DNA of 64,000 bases from Treponema sp. (GTDB lineage: Bacteria; Spirochaetota; Spirochaetia; Treponematales; Breznakiellaceae). The stretch lies in NCBI GenBank assembly GCA_009784775.1, contig WQXQ01000001.1, positions 5,355 through 69,354 of the forward strand, in the 5' to 3' direction. This document shows positions 48,489 to 57,728 of the stretch, one piece after another (position 1 is the first letter of the stretch; every line of letters starts with the position of its first letter). A model generated the notes under the pieces. The model had not been told where the DNA came from. It made no database searches and saw only the letters and a list, made by a program, of their open reading frames with translations. The position numbers and the translations under genes were made by a program.

Positions 48489-49574
48489 TCAACCTCCCAG
48501 GGGCGGCGCGCCTATCGGTGCGAGCCGTTCGATAATGTTAACTCTGGAGCCGTCTTCCAGAAGACTCATGCCCCGGATAACAATTTCTTCGTGAGCCTCG
48601 ATTCCCTGATTTACTTCCAGAATGCCGTCGATAAGTATTCCTTGCACAATTGTTCTTTTGCGGACAACTGGATTTTCCGGATCACTGTTGTCTACCGCAA
48701 AAACATAGCGTTCGCCAAAACGGTTGATTACCGCATTGGCCGGAATCTTAACGATATTTTCTTTTTGTTCGGTGATGATCTTTGCCTTGGCGAACATTCC
48801 GGGTTTTAACCTTGACCCGGCATCGCTTACATTGACCCGTACTTCCATGGTACGGGATGCAGGATCAACCGTGGGGGCAAGTTCACTGATGCTGCCCTGA
48901 AAAATCTCGCCGGGCCATGCGTCAAGGGTAATTTCGCACGGCAGATTCATTGCCATCTTGGAGATAAAGCGTTCCGCCACATAGAGCCGTATTTCCAGAG
49001 CGCCGCCTCCGGCAATGCGGGCCAGCGGCACTGCCTGACTGATTGTCATGCCGATCTGGGCTGGTAAAGCCACTACGGTCCCGCTGATGGGAGCGGTTGC
49101 CACACCCCAGCGGAAAGTCATGCCGGGACGCGAAGGATCAACTGCGGCAATCTGCTCGCCCCTGTTTACCCGCTGGCCTACCGCGACATATACCTCGGCC
49201 ACTTTGCCCGCCGCATCGGAATAGACGTCAACCGTGGAACCGGCAATAATGTCACCTGACAACGAGATATAATCCTGAATGGGACCTTTTACCGCAAGCA
49301 TGGTATTGACCGCATATACCGGCGCTTCCAAAACACCTTCCGCCCCGCCGGCCTCTTTCTTACCATACACTTCCCTTATCCGCTCACAACTGGAAAATAT
49401 GAGTATTATTAATAGTAATAATAATAAGATATTACTCGAATTTTCTCTCGCAGAGGCGCAGGGACGCGGAGGCGCGGAGGAATCAAAAAGGTGGGGATCC
49501 GCGTTATTTCTTAATCTTTGCGCTCTCTGCGTCTCCGCGTCTCTGCGAGATTTAATGAGGGATGCTTTTTTCAT
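48489..49574 (-). CDS. RND periplasmic adaptor (MFP) lipoprotein
   Basis: ATG 49574 after AAGGAG. Lipobox FSS-C, GKVAEVYVAVGQRVNRGE, PTVDPASRT, LKPGMFA. Confidence 0.9.
   Translation of the reverse strand: MKKASLIKSRRDAETQRAQRLRNNADPHLFDSSAPPRPCASARENSSNILLLLLLIILIFSSCERIREVYGKKEAGGAEGVLEAPVYAVNTMLAVKGPIQDYISLSGDIIAGSTVDVYSDAAGKVAEVYVAVGQRVNRGEQIAAVDPSRPGMTFRWGVATAPISGTVVALPAQIGMTISQAVPLARIAGGGALEIRLYVAERFISKMAMNLPCEITLDAWPGEIFQGSISELAPTVDPASRTMEVRVNVSDAGSRLKPGMFAKAKIITEQKENIVKIPANAVINRFGERYVFAVDNSDPENPVVRKRTIVQGILIDGILEVNQGIEAHEEIVIRGMSLLEDGSRVNIIERLAPIGAPPLGG
49446..49550. repeat. 105-bp palindromic octamer-repeat element inserted in frame in the MFP signal peptide
   Basis: Terminal 10-bp perfect IR TCTCGCAGAG/CTCTGCGAGA with (A/G)CGC(A/G)GAG-type repeats. 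Encodes exactly 35 codons, SRRDAETQRAQR...SAPPRPCASAR. Confidence 0.8.
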
Positions 49575-49575
49575 A

Positions 49576-51009
49576 TTATTTTCTCTCCTTTGAAGACAAA
49601 GTTCCAAATGGAACTCCTATTGCATATTCAAGGTCCAACAGACCGTTGAGGTAATTAAATTGCTGTTCAAGTAATTGGACGCGGGCTTGTCTAAGGGATT
49701 GCTCCGCATTTTGCACCTGAAAATGATCCTGTAAACCGGCGCGGTAGGCCTGCTCACTTAACTGGTAGGCGCGTTCGGCAAGATTTACCGTTTGCGCCTG
49801 CGCTTCTGCTGTTATCCGCGTCTTATCCAGCGACAGCACCGTATTGTAAATTTCAATTTCAGTGCCCCGAATCATCATTGCAAGGCCTATATTGGCAGTG
49901 GTAATTTGATCATCCCAGTTTTTAATTCCCTGAAAATCAGGGCTAAAGGGAAAAAGGCTGTGCAGCCGTATCCCCAGCGTCATGGTAAGAGCGCCGGATT
50001 TTCGCCACATATCTTTATTGCCCCAGTCGTCTTTCCATGGGTCTCCCATAAAAGCCGGTGTGGTATTCCAGCTTAAATTCAAAAACGGCAGCAGCGATTG
50101 AGCCTGCGCCTTGCGGACGCTCTGCAGCATCAGTATGGTATGCCGCAGTTCCTGAATATCAGGCTTGCCGGAAGCGGCTTTGGAGATCATCTCCTGGACA
50201 TCAAGGGAAATAAAAGCGGTTTCCTGTTCTATTGGTATAAATTCAAAAACGGTGTCGTATGGCAAGCCCAGAAACATGGCAAAGCTGGCCATGGAAAGCC
50301 GCATACCGTTTTCAACTTGATCCATTATGGGTTTCATGTTTTCCACGGCAACCTGCGCCTGCAGGTACACCAGTTCCGGAGCAAGACCGGCATTGAAATT
50401 TGCCCGGGCTATCTGCACCTGTCTTTGGGCATTTTCAAAACTCCCTTGCAGCAGACTGATATTTTCCTGCAAGAGCAGCATATTGTTATACGCTTTGCGT
50501 ATATCCCGCTCAAGCTGTAATTTTGCCTTTTCGTAACCAATTAATCCGCTTTGGTAATCCAGCCGCAGCCGGTTCATGTTTTCAAACATGGCAATACTAA
50601 TCGTAAGCGAAGCCTGTATCGACCCTGCAACATTCCAGCGCGGCGCGTCTACGGAATAAGGGACAACGCCATACAAAGTATTCGGAGGCAAGGGCAGCAC
50701 TGCTCCTGCACCCGGTATAGTGGCAATATCTACCGGAAACAACCCTGTAATCGTATTTACTTCATTATTCAAAATCAAAGTCCCGCTTGCCGTTACGCTG
50801 GGAACAAATTGATTCCATGATAAATCCGATGCCCGTTTTTTGGTACCGCTCGCTATCCGCGCTGTTTCCAGACTCAAATTATTTTTGAGCGCCCTGTCCA
50901 CCGCCTCATCCTGACTCAGCCGCACCGGCGAGCTGCCCGCCTGAGCAAACCCCACCCCACAAACCGCCAAAATTAAAACCAGCATTATTGCTAACTGCCT
51001 ATTTCTCAT
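49576..51009 (-). CDS. TolC family outer-membrane efflux protein
   Basis: Signal peptide, LSQDEAVDRALKNN, AERAYQLSEQAYRAG...LLDLEYAIG, operon context. Confidence 0.88.
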   Translation of the reverse strand: MRNRQLAIMLVLILAVCGVGFAQAGSSPVRLSQDEAVDRALKNNLSLETARIASGTKKRASDLSWNQFVPSVTASGTLILNNEVNTITGLFPVDIATIPGAGAVLPLPPNTLYGVVPYSVDAPRWNVAGSIQASLTISIAMFENMNRLRLDYQSGLIGYEKAKLQLERDIRKAYNNMLLLQENISLLQGSFENAQRQVQIARANFNAGLAPELVYLQAQVAVENMKPIMDQVENGMRLSMASFAMFLGLPYDTVFEFIPIEQETAFISLDVQEMISKAASGKPDIQELRHTILMLQSVRKAQAQSLLPFLNLSWNTTPAFMGDPWKDDWGNKDMWRKSGALTMTLGIRLHSLFPFSPDFQGIKNWDDQITTANIGLAMMIRGTEIEIYNTVLSLDKTRITAEAQAQTVNLAERAYQLSEQAYRAGLQDHFQVQNAEQSLRQARVQLLEQQFNYLNGLLDLEYAIGVPFGTLSSKERK

Positions 51010-51030
51010 AACACATTGTTCCTTATCTTC

Positions 51031-51058
51031 TCCTCATTCCTCATTCCTCATTCCTCAT
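51031..51058. repeat. Four tandem heptamers (TCCTCAT)4, (ATGAGGA)4 on the coding strand
   Basis: Direct reading. The array straddles the TetR stop codon at 51048-51050. Confidence 0.85.
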
Positions 51059-52298
51059 TTTCCTTAACCCCTATTCCTGATGTTACAAAACGATACAAAA
51101 ACCGAATGTCGCTTTTTGGCACCGTTCCCAATGCCTGCCCCGAGTTTTCCCTCATTAACGTACTAGCGATAAGAAACAAAACCCAGGGAGAGATTCGCCC
51201 TTCTTTAAGTTCACTGAATGGACTATTACACAAAGGTTTTATGGCAATATCTTCAAAAACCCACAAAAATTCATGTTCCGGCCCGTCCATATTGTCTTTT
51301 GCCGGTTTCAGGCTCGGCCGCCGAGTACGGAGCCAATCCAGCGTGATAAGGATATCCGGCTTTGCGCGCAGATACTCGGCTATCGAAAAAATTCCCAGAT
51401 AGAGCTGTTCCTGCGGAATCACAGAATGCTGCATCCCTTGCCGGGCAAAATCAATAATCCGCCGTGACTCGGTCATAAAAAGCTGGTGCAGCATATCCTG
51501 TTTGCTTGCAAAGTGGTAATACAAACTGCTTTTTGATAAACCTGAACGACGGGCAACCTGTTCCATCGATGCTTCCCAGGGGCCTGCTTCGGCCACCGCG
51601 CTGGCCACCGCCTTGAGCAACGGATCATCCTCAAGACTGTTCACCGTCCCTAAAATACGGTTCTCCAGCCCCTCATAATCCAGCGCGTCTATCTCCTCAC
51701 TAATATAACCCAGACCTTGCCCAATAATTACACCAATTGCATTGATTATTTTGCTAATTGCCGCTTCAGACGGCTGTTTTACCAGAGATTCCCCCTTTTT
51801 GTGAAAATCTGCCATGCAAAAAGTGAGTGTTGCAAAGCTCAAACGCATGATTAACGGCTGAATATTATAGGTTTTCTTAATTGAATGGCTGTACAATTCC
51901 AGATCAATACCCCTTTTACGGAATTCTTCGTGCATTTTGGCACTGTTCAGTTCACGATCATGGAGTTTTATCATCGCAAAAATGAAAATATTCACATTTC
52001 GGGCATAATATTCCGCTACAGATCGGGCAAGTATGAAGACTCCCGTACTATTATGCTCGTTTTTCAGGGCTTTTTCATAGCCCGGGCGAACAAAATCGGT
52101 AAAATCATCAAAAAAATGCACGGTCATGGCATCAAGCAGGGCCTGTTTGCTCCTAAAATGGCGGTACAACGCCGGTTTACAGACCTTTAACTCACGGGCT
52201 ACATGGCTGAGACTGGTATTTGCATAAAACTCGCGGCCCCACACTCGAAAAGCCGCATCCATAATTTCTGTCTTTGTCATAAAAATGGTGTCAGTCAC
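51048..52298 (-). CDS. Tandem double TetR/AcrR family regulator
   Basis: Two HTHs: SLSHVARELKVCKPALYRHF and SMEQVARRSGLSKSSLYYHF. Confidence 0.88.
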   Translation of the reverse strand: MTDTIFMTKTEIMDAAFRVWGREFYANTSLSHVARELKVCKPALYRHFRSKQALLDAMTVHFFDDFTDFVRPGYEKALKNEHNSTGVFILARSVAEYYARNVNIFIFAMIKLHDRELNSAKMHEEFRKRGIDLELYSHSIKKTYNIQPLIMRLSFATLTFCMADFHKKGESLVKQPSEAAISKIINAIGVIIGQGLGYISEEIDALDYEGLENRILGTVNSLEDDPLLKAVASAVAEAGPWEASMEQVARRSGLSKSSLYYHFASKQDMLHQLFMTESRRIIDFARQGMQHSVIPQEQLYLGIFSIAEYLRAKPDILITLDWLRTRRPSLKPAKDNMDGPEHEFLWVFEDIAIKPLCNSPFSELKEGRISPWVLFLIASTLMRENSGQALGTVPKSDIRFLYRFVTSGIGVKENEE

Positions 52299-52315
52299 CT
52301 ATTTTGGCAGGCCAG

Positions 52316-52333
52316 TTACCGACCGGTCGTTAA
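52316..52333. promoter_or_regulatory. Palindromic TetR-type operator
   Basis: TTAC-CGACCGGTCG-TTAA, a perfect 10-bp core with 8 of 9 pairs over 18 bp. Lies just downstream of the -10 of the efflux operon promoter. Confidence 0.7.
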
Positions 52334-52334
52334 C

Positions 52335-52363
52335 AATATAACAAACGCCGGAAAAAAAGGCAA
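52335..52363 (-). promoter_or_regulatory. Sigma70-like promoter of the tetR-tolC-MFP-RND operon
   Basis: Minus strand TTGCCT (52363-58), 17 nt spacer, TG-n-TATATT (52340-35). Confidence 0.6.
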
Positions 52364-52389
52364 CAGCTTTTTGAGAAAATTAACGAATA

Positions 52390-55300
52390 TTACTTTAAGT
52401 ATGCTCTGAGCTTTTCTATCACCCTGTCAATATCAAGCGGTTTACCAAGATGATCGTCCATACCTGCCGCAAGGCAGTCCTCTACATCGCTCTTAAAAAC
52501 ATTCGCAGTCAGGGCAATTATGGGCAGTCTGCCTCGCTGCCTTGCAGGCAGGGCGCGTATGCGCCGGGTTGCTTCATACCCGTTCATTACCGGCATTTGC
52601 ACATCCATGAAAACGATGTCGTATTTATCGGGAGCCGCCTGCACCATCTTCAGCGCTTCCTCGCCGTTTTCGGCGCAGTCAATCGACAGCCCGGTATGCT
52701 CTAACAAGGCGATAAGGATTTCACGATTGATTTCCACATCTTCGGCAACCAACAGATTCTTTCCCCCGAACTCGCCGTCGCTCACCGTATTATCTTCTTT
52801 GATGTCGTCCGTTATACCCAACGTTTCGTTTATGCAGTCAATTATCATTGATGACATAAGCGGTTTCAGCAGGCATTTGCTTACACCGGCCCGCAGCGCA
52901 TCTTCTTTTATCTGTTCCCAATCCATTGCCGTTATCATAATTACTACAGATGGCTTGCTTGTTACGGATTCCTTGATTATTTTAGTCAGTTCAATTCCGT
53001 CCATGCCGGGCATACGCCAGTCTATAAAATAGATGTCATAAGCGCCGCGCTCTTCGATAATCCGGCAGGCTTCATGACCGTCAGCCGCAACATCGCAGTG
53101 CATTTCAAGCTGTCCGAATAATTTTTGAAATTGATCGCGTGTTTCCGCCATATCGTCTACGGCTAAAATCCGCACATTTTTCCAGTTGACGCCGGGAGCG
53201 AGCATTGAAATGGGACTCTTGTCACTGCGCTGCGCTTTTACGGTAAAAATAAACGCGGCGCCTTTGCCAAGTTCCGATTCGACCCAAATGGTTCCGTCCA
53301 TAAACTCAACGATATGCTTGGAAATGGCAAGTCCCAGTCCTGTTCCGCCATACTGCCGGCTTGTTCCGCTGTCGGCCTGCTCAAACGCAGAGAACAGCTT
53401 TTCGTGTTTTTCCGGGGATATGCCAATTCCGCTGTCTTTTACCTCGATACGCAATTCACAATTACCGTCAGTTTCACTAACCAAAAACGCGCCAAGGTGG
53501 ATTTCGCCGCCTTCAGGCGTAAACTTTACCGCGTTGGCCAACAGATTCGTAATAACCTGCGACAAGCGCTGATCATCTCCAATCAGGAAGCGCGGTATGT
53601 TACTGTCAATATTCAAAGAAAACCGCTGTTGTTTTTCATCTACTCTGAAATTTATTACGGACAGTACCTTTTGCAGCATTCTTTCAAAATTATACTCAAT
53701 GGGCGCCAATTCCAGCTTATTCGCTTCGATCTTCGCCATATCAAGTACATCGTTGATCACACCAAGCAAGTGGGAAGACGCATCTCCAATTTTATTCAAG
53801 GAGTGGTTTTTTTGTACGATGTCATCAGCTTTTTTTCCTATGACTGTCATGCCGATGATTGCGTTCAGGGGGGTGCGCATCTCATGGCTCATGTTGGCCA
53901 GGAAGTTGCTTTTTGATCGGCTGGCGATTTCAGCTTCCATTTGTTGCTTTTCCGCTTCATTGATTAGATTTTTGGTTTCAGTCATGTCGAACGCCGCATT
54001 CACAAAGCGTATGGGATTTCCGTCTTTATCCCGAATAGCTTTGCCGACGGTGCGGAACCAGGCATATTCGCCGTTTTTCTTTTTGAGCCGCTGTTCTATA
54101 TCGAAAGGAGTGTTGCCGGTTTTGTCGAGCAAATGAGCTGAAAAAACACGGAACGAACTTTCCAAATCGTCAGGATGCACAAGGCCAATCCTGCTTTCGC
54201 CGAGAGTTTTCAGGAATGTATCATCATCGTCGGTATATCCCAGCAATTTTTTGTATTTATCGGAATATTCGGTGTGGCTGTTAGGGCCCAGAAGGTCGTT
54301 TGGATCGAATTCCATATTAACGATACCTATATTCGCGGCTTCTATAAGCAGATTTAATTTGGTTAACTGCAGTTCTTTATCAAGCAACGTTGTCTTGGTT
54401 TCGGTTATATCCAGCAAAGCCCCCGCAATGCGAATGACATTGCCGTCTTTATCCCGTATAGCTTCACCGCAGGCGCGGAAATAGGCATATTCGCCGTCTT
54501 TTTTACGCAGCCTGTATTCAGCGTCATAAGGCGTTTCGCCGGTTGTGTCCGAAACGTGCCTCATGACATACGCGATGGCTTCGTCTTTGTCGTCGGGATG
54601 CAGGTGGTTTTCCCAGTTTTCCAGTGTGTTGGGGAAATCAATTTCGTTTTTATACCCCAGCATATTTCTGAATTCATCGGTAAATGTAACGGTATTATCG
54701 GGGTGGGCAAAATCATTATTTGTTATCCTCACATCATACAGACCGATTTTTGTGGCTTTCACCACCGCATTAAGCAAGGTAAGCTGCCGTTCGTTATTAA
54801 GCAATTCATGTACTTTTTCGGTTACATCTATTAACGAGCCCGCAACGTGTGTGGGGTTGCCGTTTTTATCACGTATGGTTTCGCCGTACGCATGAAAATA
54901 TGAATATTCGCCGTTTTTCTTTAACAGACGGTATTCAATGTCAAATGGGGTGTTGCCCGTTTTATCCAGCATATGCGCCGCGAAAGCGTTAACCGATCTT
55001 TCTTTATCCTCGGGATGCAGTTTATCACTCCAACTATTTATAATGCTGGGGAAATCGGATTCATTCGAATATCCCAGCATATGTCTGAATTCATCGGAAT
55101 AAATGATTTCATTTACAGGATTAACCGGGTCATCTTTTATAACATACATATCCCATAACGCTATTTGCGTCGCTTTAAGCATAAGGTTCACTTTTAAAAG
55201 GTACTGTTTATTTGTTTCATGCGCTTTTATTAATTCTTTTTCACGGTTACGCATTTCAGTCATATCATAGGCGTATGCAATTATCGCAAATGTGTTTCCG

Positions 55301-57573
55301 TAAGGAATTCTGACAAATTCAACCAGTAAGTTTTTGGTTTTATCTCCAATGTGCACTTCTGTTTCAACTTTGTCATATCCTTTCTTCGCGGCAGTTACGA
55401 GCCTTTCAGATACCGGTATCGAAACACGGCCGTCCGGTTGAATTTCCGGCAAGCTCCCGGTAAATCGTTCAAAAAATCCGGCAAAAAATGCTTCTTTTGT
55501 CTCAAAGCCCATAAAACGCAAGGCAGCGGGGTTGCAGTCAACGACGTTGAAGCTGCTGTCAAATAATACGTTTATTTGCGGGTTCGTTTCGAGTATTATT
55601 GATGTTGTTGCTTGCGATTCTTTAAGCTCCCGGAACATCCGCTTTTGCTCTCGCAGGTCACGCGTATATCCGGCTACTACATAATCATTTCCATATTTGA
55701 CTCTCGCAAGCGTAATCTCAACCGGTATGTGACTGCCGTCAGGCAGTACATGCAGCCATTCAAAACAGAGACTTTCACCCTTCTCAAACACCCGCTTCAA
55801 GTACCCAATCCTTTTGATGTCGGATCGTTGTCCATCAGGCTGAAATTCAGGATCAAGGTCGAAGTAACTTGATAAGTATTCTTGTTTGGTTTTGAATCCG
55901 CACAGATTTATAGCGGCCTGGTTACAATCCAGTATCTTGTAATCGCTGCTCCACAATTTGCAGCACAGCGGGTTAGAATCCAGCATGATTCTAAAATGTT
56001 CGTTTGCCTCCTGTTCCGCTTCCATTGCTATTTTTTTCGTTTTGTTATTTATATCTATCAGAAAAACGACAATTACCATCAGCAGCAAAAGTATAGCGGC
56101 TGCTACAGACACGATCAGAGAGCGTCGGTTCGCGTGGAGTGATTGTTCTTCGGCAAGTATTCTTGAATAGTCAAAGGAACGACTTGTCCATTCCTTTGCA
56201 ATTTTTCCGGTATCTATATACACAATGGTTTTGTCGATGATCGAGCATAGCATTTTCTCATTTATATTAAGTCCAAAAAATGTATCGTTGAAAACGGGGA
56301 ACGTGTAATTGGCTTTATAGCCGGGTTTTTCGCGGTAATTTTGCTGGTAATAAAGGATATATCCAAGATTAAAAAACAGGTCTATCTCATCTCTTTCAAG
56401 GGCATCCAGGGCATCATCTTGAGAGTCGTAGAGCCTGACGTTGGCATTGTTTGGAAACCATTGATCATATAATTGACGGGTAGCGCACCATCCAACAACC
56501 CCCACAGCCGCTTGTCCAATCTGATATAATGCAAGGTTTGGATATTCTGTTTTTGAAAAGAATGCGTAAGGTGTTGAAAAAAACGGCGTTTGCGGCCATA
56601 TAAAATATAACTTCCGTTCCTCGGTAATAATCAAATCCGAAATCAGCGCCGCTTCGCCGGTCCTGAGCATTTCGAGTATTTCTCCCCAGGTTGCGTCTTT
56701 TTTGTTAATAGGCTCAAACTCAATTCCGGTCATCCTGCTTATTTCTGTTAAAACATCTATCGAGATTCCCTGAAATTCATCTTCATTTGAATTGTAAAAA
56801 CTGACCGGATACGTATCAGTTCCCAACACTATGGGAATTTTTGCGGACAGGCTGTCTATATACGCTCTTTCTTCAGCAGAAAAAGAACTATATAGAACAT
56901 TTCGATTATATGCATTATTGCCTTCTTGATATAATGCATACAGTCTCTTAATCCCGCTTGCCGCGATGTATTTATTCATAACCGATATAACCGGTTCAAG
57001 TTCATTATTCGCCGTGGTCAGTGCAATGGGGGTGTATGCCAGCGGCAGTAATCCGTGTACAAGGGAAAGGTCTGTTGTTCCGTTGTAATCGTAAGCCATT
57101 CCCCGTGAGCGTTGTGCGACAGGATCGGACATAAGATATTTGCTTTGACGTTCCGGGGTAATTTCATACTCACTGGTGAAGTCAATTGTTTTGCTGTCTA
57201 TGCCGCCGGCAAGGGAGTTCGAGTCATGAAACTCCAGCACAAATGGAATCCCGAAAAGGTCTGACAGCAGTTCGCAGAGCATGGGCGAAAATCCGGCGTA
57301 TGTACCATCCGACAAGAGAAACCCTTCTGCAGAGGGTACTGTTCCGAAAGAAAAACGCTGCCGTGATCTCTTGAGCGTTTCAATCGCGGCTATTTCACTC
57401 TCGGTAATATCCGGTATGTCGCGGAATGATTGTATAACTTGTATGCCGAATTCGGGGTTATCCGATTCATTGCCGCAGCCTGTAAAGCCAAGTACAATGG
57501 CACAGAAAAGTAATATGGCTGCAAATCTTGTTGTAAGCTCCTGACACCTGTTTTTCAAAATCATGTTGTTCAT
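52390..57573 (-). CDS. Hybrid sensor histidine kinase: extracytoplasmic solute-binding domains, TM, five PAS, HisKA, HATPase, two receivers
   Basis: SHEMRTPLNAIIG, NLLANAVKFT, DSGIG, GGTGLGL, DWRMPGMDG, DVQMPVMNG. Three HP(E/D)D-type PAS repeats. Confidence 0.93.
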   Translation of the reverse strand: MNNMILKNRCQELTTRFAAILLFCAIVLGFTGCGNESDNPEFGIQVIQSFRDIPDITESEIAAIETLKRSRQRFSFGTVPSAEGFLLSDGTYAGFSPMLCELLSDLFGIPFVLEFHDSNSLAGGIDSKTIDFTSEYEITPERQSKYLMSDPVAQRSRGMAYDYNGTTDLSLVHGLLPLAYTPIALTTANNELEPVISVMNKYIAASGIKRLYALYQEGNNAYNRNVLYSSFSAEERAYIDSLSAKIPIVLGTDTYPVSFYNSNEDEFQGISIDVLTEISRMTGIEFEPINKKDATWGEILEMLRTGEAALISDLIITEERKLYFIWPQTPFFSTPYAFFSKTEYPNLALYQIGQAAVGVVGWCATRQLYDQWFPNNANVRLYDSQDDALDALERDEIDLFFNLGYILYYQQNYREKPGYKANYTFPVFNDTFFGLNINEKMLCSIIDKTIVYIDTGKIAKEWTSRSFDYSRILAEEQSLHANRRSLIVSVAAAILLLLMVIVVFLIDINNKTKKIAMEAEQEANEHFRIMLDSNPLCCKLWSSDYKILDCNQAAINLCGFKTKQEYLSSYFDLDPEFQPDGQRSDIKRIGYLKRVFEKGESLCFEWLHVLPDGSHIPVEITLARVKYGNDYVVAGYTRDLREQKRMFRELKESQATTSIILETNPQINVLFDSSFNVVDCNPAALRFMGFETKEAFFAGFFERFTGSLPEIQPDGRVSIPVSERLVTAAKKGYDKVETEVHIGDKTKNLLVEFVRIPYGNTFAIIAYAYDMTEMRNREKELIKAHETNKQYLLKVNLMLKATQIALWDMYVIKDDPVNPVNEIIYSDEFRHMLGYSNESDFPSIINSWSDKLHPEDKERSVNAFAAHMLDKTGNTPFDIEYRLLKKNGEYSYFHAYGETIRDKNGNPTHVAGSLIDVTEKVHELLNNERQLTLLNAVVKATKIGLYDVRITNNDFAHPDNTVTFTDEFRNMLGYKNEIDFPNTLENWENHLHPDDKDEAIAYVMRHVSDTTGETPYDAEYRLRKKDGEYAYFRACGEAIRDKDGNVIRIAGALLDITETKTTLLDKELQLTKLNLLIEAANIGIVNMEFDPNDLLGPNSHTEYSDKYKKLLGYTDDDDTFLKTLGESRIGLVHPDDLESSFRVFSAHLLDKTGNTPFDIEQRLKKKNGEYAWFRTVGKAIRDKDGNPIRFVNAAFDMTETKNLINEAEKQQMEAEIASRSKSNFLANMSHEMRTPLNAIIGMTVIGKKADDIVQKNHSLNKIGDASSHLLGVINDVLDMAKIEANKLELAPIEYNFERMLQKVLSVINFRVDEKQQRFSLNIDSNIPRFLIGDDQRLSQVITNLLANAVKFTPEGGEIHLGAFLVSETDGNCELRIEVKDSGIGISPEKHEKLFSAFEQADSGTSRQYGGTGLGLAISKHIVEFMDGTIWVESELGKGAAFIFTVKAQRSDKSPISMLAPGVNWKNVRILAVDDMAETRDQFQKLFGQLEMHCDVAADGHEACRIIEERGAYDIYFIDWRMPGMDGIELTKIIKESVTSKPSVVIMITAMDWEQIKEDALRAGVSKCLLKPLMSSMIIDCINETLGITDDIKEDNTVSDGEFGGKNLLVAEDVEINREILIALLEHTGLSIDCAENGEEALKMVQAAPDKYDIVFMDVQMPVMNGYEATRRIRALPARQRGRLPIIALTANVFKSDVEDCLAAGMDDHLGKPLDIDRVIEKLRAYLK

Positions 57574-57728
57574 ATCCCTATCTTTAGATTTTTTTATTTT
57601 TGTATCACACGGATATTATTTGATGTAAATATAGCATTTATATACATAATTGCCAATAGGTAATATTCTGGCACTCCCCATTATCCCGCTATACACAAGG
57701 CCTTTTTCAGGGTACCATTGTCTATATA

